A DNA stretch of 6,059 nucleotides from a virus, in IMG/VR virus record IMGVR_UViG_3300045988_099449, positions 1-6,059 of that record, one strand, 5' to 3'. Both the position numbers and the translations under genes were made by a program. Below the pieces are notes generated by a model. It saw only the letters and a program-made list of their open reading frames with translations. It did no database searches and was not told the DNA's origin. Every line of letters begins with the position of its first letter. Within the stretch, counting starts at the first letter, position 1. Below are positions 4,472 through 6,059 of the stretch, one piece after another.

Positions 4472-6059
4472 TTAGTAAGGAAGTCCGAGGCGGTCAAGAT
4501 TACGAATAACTTGGGTATTAAAATCTACAACGTTGTAAAATTGGTCATAACTTACGCCATCATGAAAATAAAATTTGCCGTCAGAACCTTTAGAAATAGA
4601 ACTGTATACACTAAAGATATTGTTCAAAATGCTTGGATATACCTTAAAACTGGAATACTTAGGCTGATTGTAAAAATCAAGGTCACCAAGTAAACCAAAG
4701 CTTACATCACACTTGCCAAGCTCAGAAACAAGAGAAGAGTCAACACCACCCTCAATATTTGGGCCAAGATTAAGAACAAAATCGTGAAGCATACTATTTT
4801 GAGATAGAGAGCAAACAAAATTGGGTTGAGTACCATTTTGTGACTTATTAAAGTCACCTAAAACGATATCGTAATTAGTCTTGTAGTCATAATAACGAGG
4901 GCCATAACCAAGGTTTTTATATCGTGATTTATCACCGAAATCAAAGGGAGGAGTATGGTAAAGGTCACCAGTCAAGAGACGAGGGTCTACACTCTCATAA
5001 CCGAGTCTATCGTATTCGGGCAAAGCAAAATCCGAGAACTGAGTACGGAGACAAGCAGCATCGTAGCCGACAACGCTATAATCAATAAAGGGCAAAGTAT
5101 AAGTTACACCAATTATCAAACCATGCTCACGAACTTCGAAATCAAAATTACCATTGCCTTGAACTATGCCGTTAGCAGCATAATTAGCAATTGAACCCTC
5201 TGAAGCAAGGTTAGTATTAGTAACAGTGTTAATATTAAAATCAGAGGAAAAGCCGCCAATATAATCACAAAGACCACTTTGCAAAGAAGATACATTTACA
5301 TTAAAATGGGCTTCGATTTGGCTTTTATAGTCTGAATTATTTGACAAAGTAACTTCGAGGAATTTTTGCTTAGCTTGAGCAGCACGGAGCGAAAGAATGT
5401 CAAAGGACTGAACAGAACTATTAGAAAGATTTGCAAGGCGCACTTGTGTACGTTCGACTTTTGAAGAAGGACCATCACCAGCAGAAGAAACTACGCCAAG
5501 GTCGTTATAAGTAGGGTCAAAACCAGCAAGTTGACCTTTAGAAGATGGGGCGAGGCTCTGAATATACATATTGGACAAATCGGCAGACTTAACAGACGAA
5601 ACTGCACCGAATTGCGAAGTAGGCACTACACCAAGAAAAGTATCTTTGGTAAAATTGACATAGCGCATATCGAACATATTAGGCTTATGCGATGCAGGAT
5701 ACCAGCCATTTTTATCATTAGTAACGAAAAGAGAAGCAATAGGAATGTTCATATTGCTTTTACCGGCCATGTAATCAACATTATAAGTATTAGCTTGCTC
5801 GTTTTCCCATTGAGAAAAGCGGTAAAAATCATTATAAACTTTTTGATAAGCAAGCAAAGGGAAAAGACTAAGACGTGAGTTATTATTAGCCCAAGTATCA
5901 TCAGAAAGTACAGAACGAGTAGTTTTGTAATAGCCAAGATATTGCAACAACTTACGAGTAGCCATCATACGAGAAGTGCCAACACAAGTAAAAAAATTAC
6001 CGATAAGAAGAGAACCAACAGGACAAGAAGCAGTATTACCATCACCAGCGTACGAAGAA
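4472..6059 (-). CDS. VP1: Major capsid protein VP1 (phiX174 F-like), C-terminal ~520 codons. The ORF stays open upstream of the listed Met at 5968 through to the window end (the last ~55 nt duplicate window positions 1-55) and is continuous with the 1..438 segment across the circular junction.
   Basis: The 498-aa ORF from the track contains the capsid motif FPLLAYQKVYNDFYRFSQWENEQ, which resembles the conserved P-x-x-AY-x-x-I-(W/Y)-N-E-(Y/F)-(Y/F)-R-D-x-N-L block of Microviridae F/VP1 proteins, here partly substituted (V for I, D for E, no R-D...N-L tail). Translating the '-' strand upstream of 5968 gives ...SSYAGDGNTASCPVGSLLIGNFFTCVGTSR-MMATRK... with no stop and no in-frame ATG, TTG or GTG. 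The track does use TTG starts elsewhere, which explains why it began the ORF at 5968. It is the largest ORF in the window, as expected for VP1. Confidence 0.85.
   Translation of the reverse strand, partial: SSYAGDGNTASCPVGSLLIGNFFTCVGTSRMMATRKLLQYLGYYKTTRSVLSDDTWANNNSRLSLFPLLAYQKVYNDFYRFSQWENEQANTYNVDYMAGKSNMNIPIASLFVTNDKNGWYPASHKPNMFDMRYVNFTKDTFLGVVPTSQFGAVSSVKSADLSNMYIQSLAPSSKGQLAGFDPTYNDLGVVSSAGDGPSSKVERTQVRLANLSNSSVQSFDILSLRAAQAKQKFLEVTLSNNSDYKSQIEAHFNVNVSSLQSGLCDYIGGFSSDFNINTVTNTNLASEGSIANYAANGIVQGNGNFDFEVREHGLIIGVTYTLPFIDYSVVGYDAACLRTQFSDFALPEYDRLGYESVDPRLLTGDLYHTPPFDFGDKSRYKNLGYGPRYYDYKTNYDIVLGDFNKSQNGTQPNFVCSLSQNSMLHDFVLNLGPNIEGGVDSSLVSELGKCDVSFGLLGDLDFYNQPKYSSFKVYPSILNNIFSVYSSISKGSDGKFYFHDGVSYDQFYNVVDFNTQVIRNLDRLGLPY
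6005..6059. repeat. Second copy of the terminal redundancy, a duplicate of positions 1-55.
   Basis: Same 55-nt sequence as the window start. The boundary is uncertain by about 1 nt because the header gives 6059 nt while the printed final line counts to 6060. Confidence 0.9.

Noticed and set aside
4430-5937. ORFs 4430..4693(+), 4955..5194(+), 5531..5878(+, TTG start), 5296..5478(-) and 5749..5937(-) within VP1.
   Set aside because: They are alternate-frame or antisense shadows of the capsid gene, with no motifs. The 115-aa one starts at TTG and encodes an Ile/Asn-rich low-complexity product.

Overview
This window is one complete circular Microviridae genome of roughly 6.0 kb. It is shown as the complement of its coding strand, so all supported genes read on the '-' strand, and the ends are padded by a direct terminal redundancy of about 55 nt. 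The first ~55 nt and the last ~55 nt (6005-6059) are identical, which gives a unit length near 6004-6005 bp. The header says 6059 nt but the printed final line counts to 6060, so coordinates and the unit length near the 3' end are uncertain by about 1 nt.

Along the coding strand the gene order is:
- VP4 rolling-circle replication initiator, 1912->467.
- VP1 major capsid protein (F-like), which starts at 438, runs off the window start and resumes at the window end down to 4472. The linearisation point therefore sits inside VP1, and the supplied ORF track reports only its C-terminal 498 aa.
- A 141-aa very acidic protein, 4453->4028, possibly a scaffolding protein.
- A GC-rich hairpin followed by a T-run, which looks like an intrinsic terminator.
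- VP2, a Gly/Gln-rich minor capsid or DNA-pilot protein, 3963->2728.
- A ~518-nt non-coding region, AT-rich at both ends, with a ~185-nt CpG-rich repeat-bearing island in the middle.
- An 80-aa ORF with a hydrophobic N-terminus, 2209->1967, followed again by VP4.

The '+' strand as printed is A-rich and purine-rich, so the coding (virion-sense) strand is T-rich, as expected for Microviridae. Genes lack Shine-Dalgarno sequences and have AT-rich leaders, and a TAnnTTTG motif lies upstream of the 80-aa ORF. These point to a Bacteroidetes-type host, which is inference. There are no tRNA or rRNA genes, no CRISPR array and no integrase. Nearly all '+' strand ORFs in the track are antisense shadows of the real genes.
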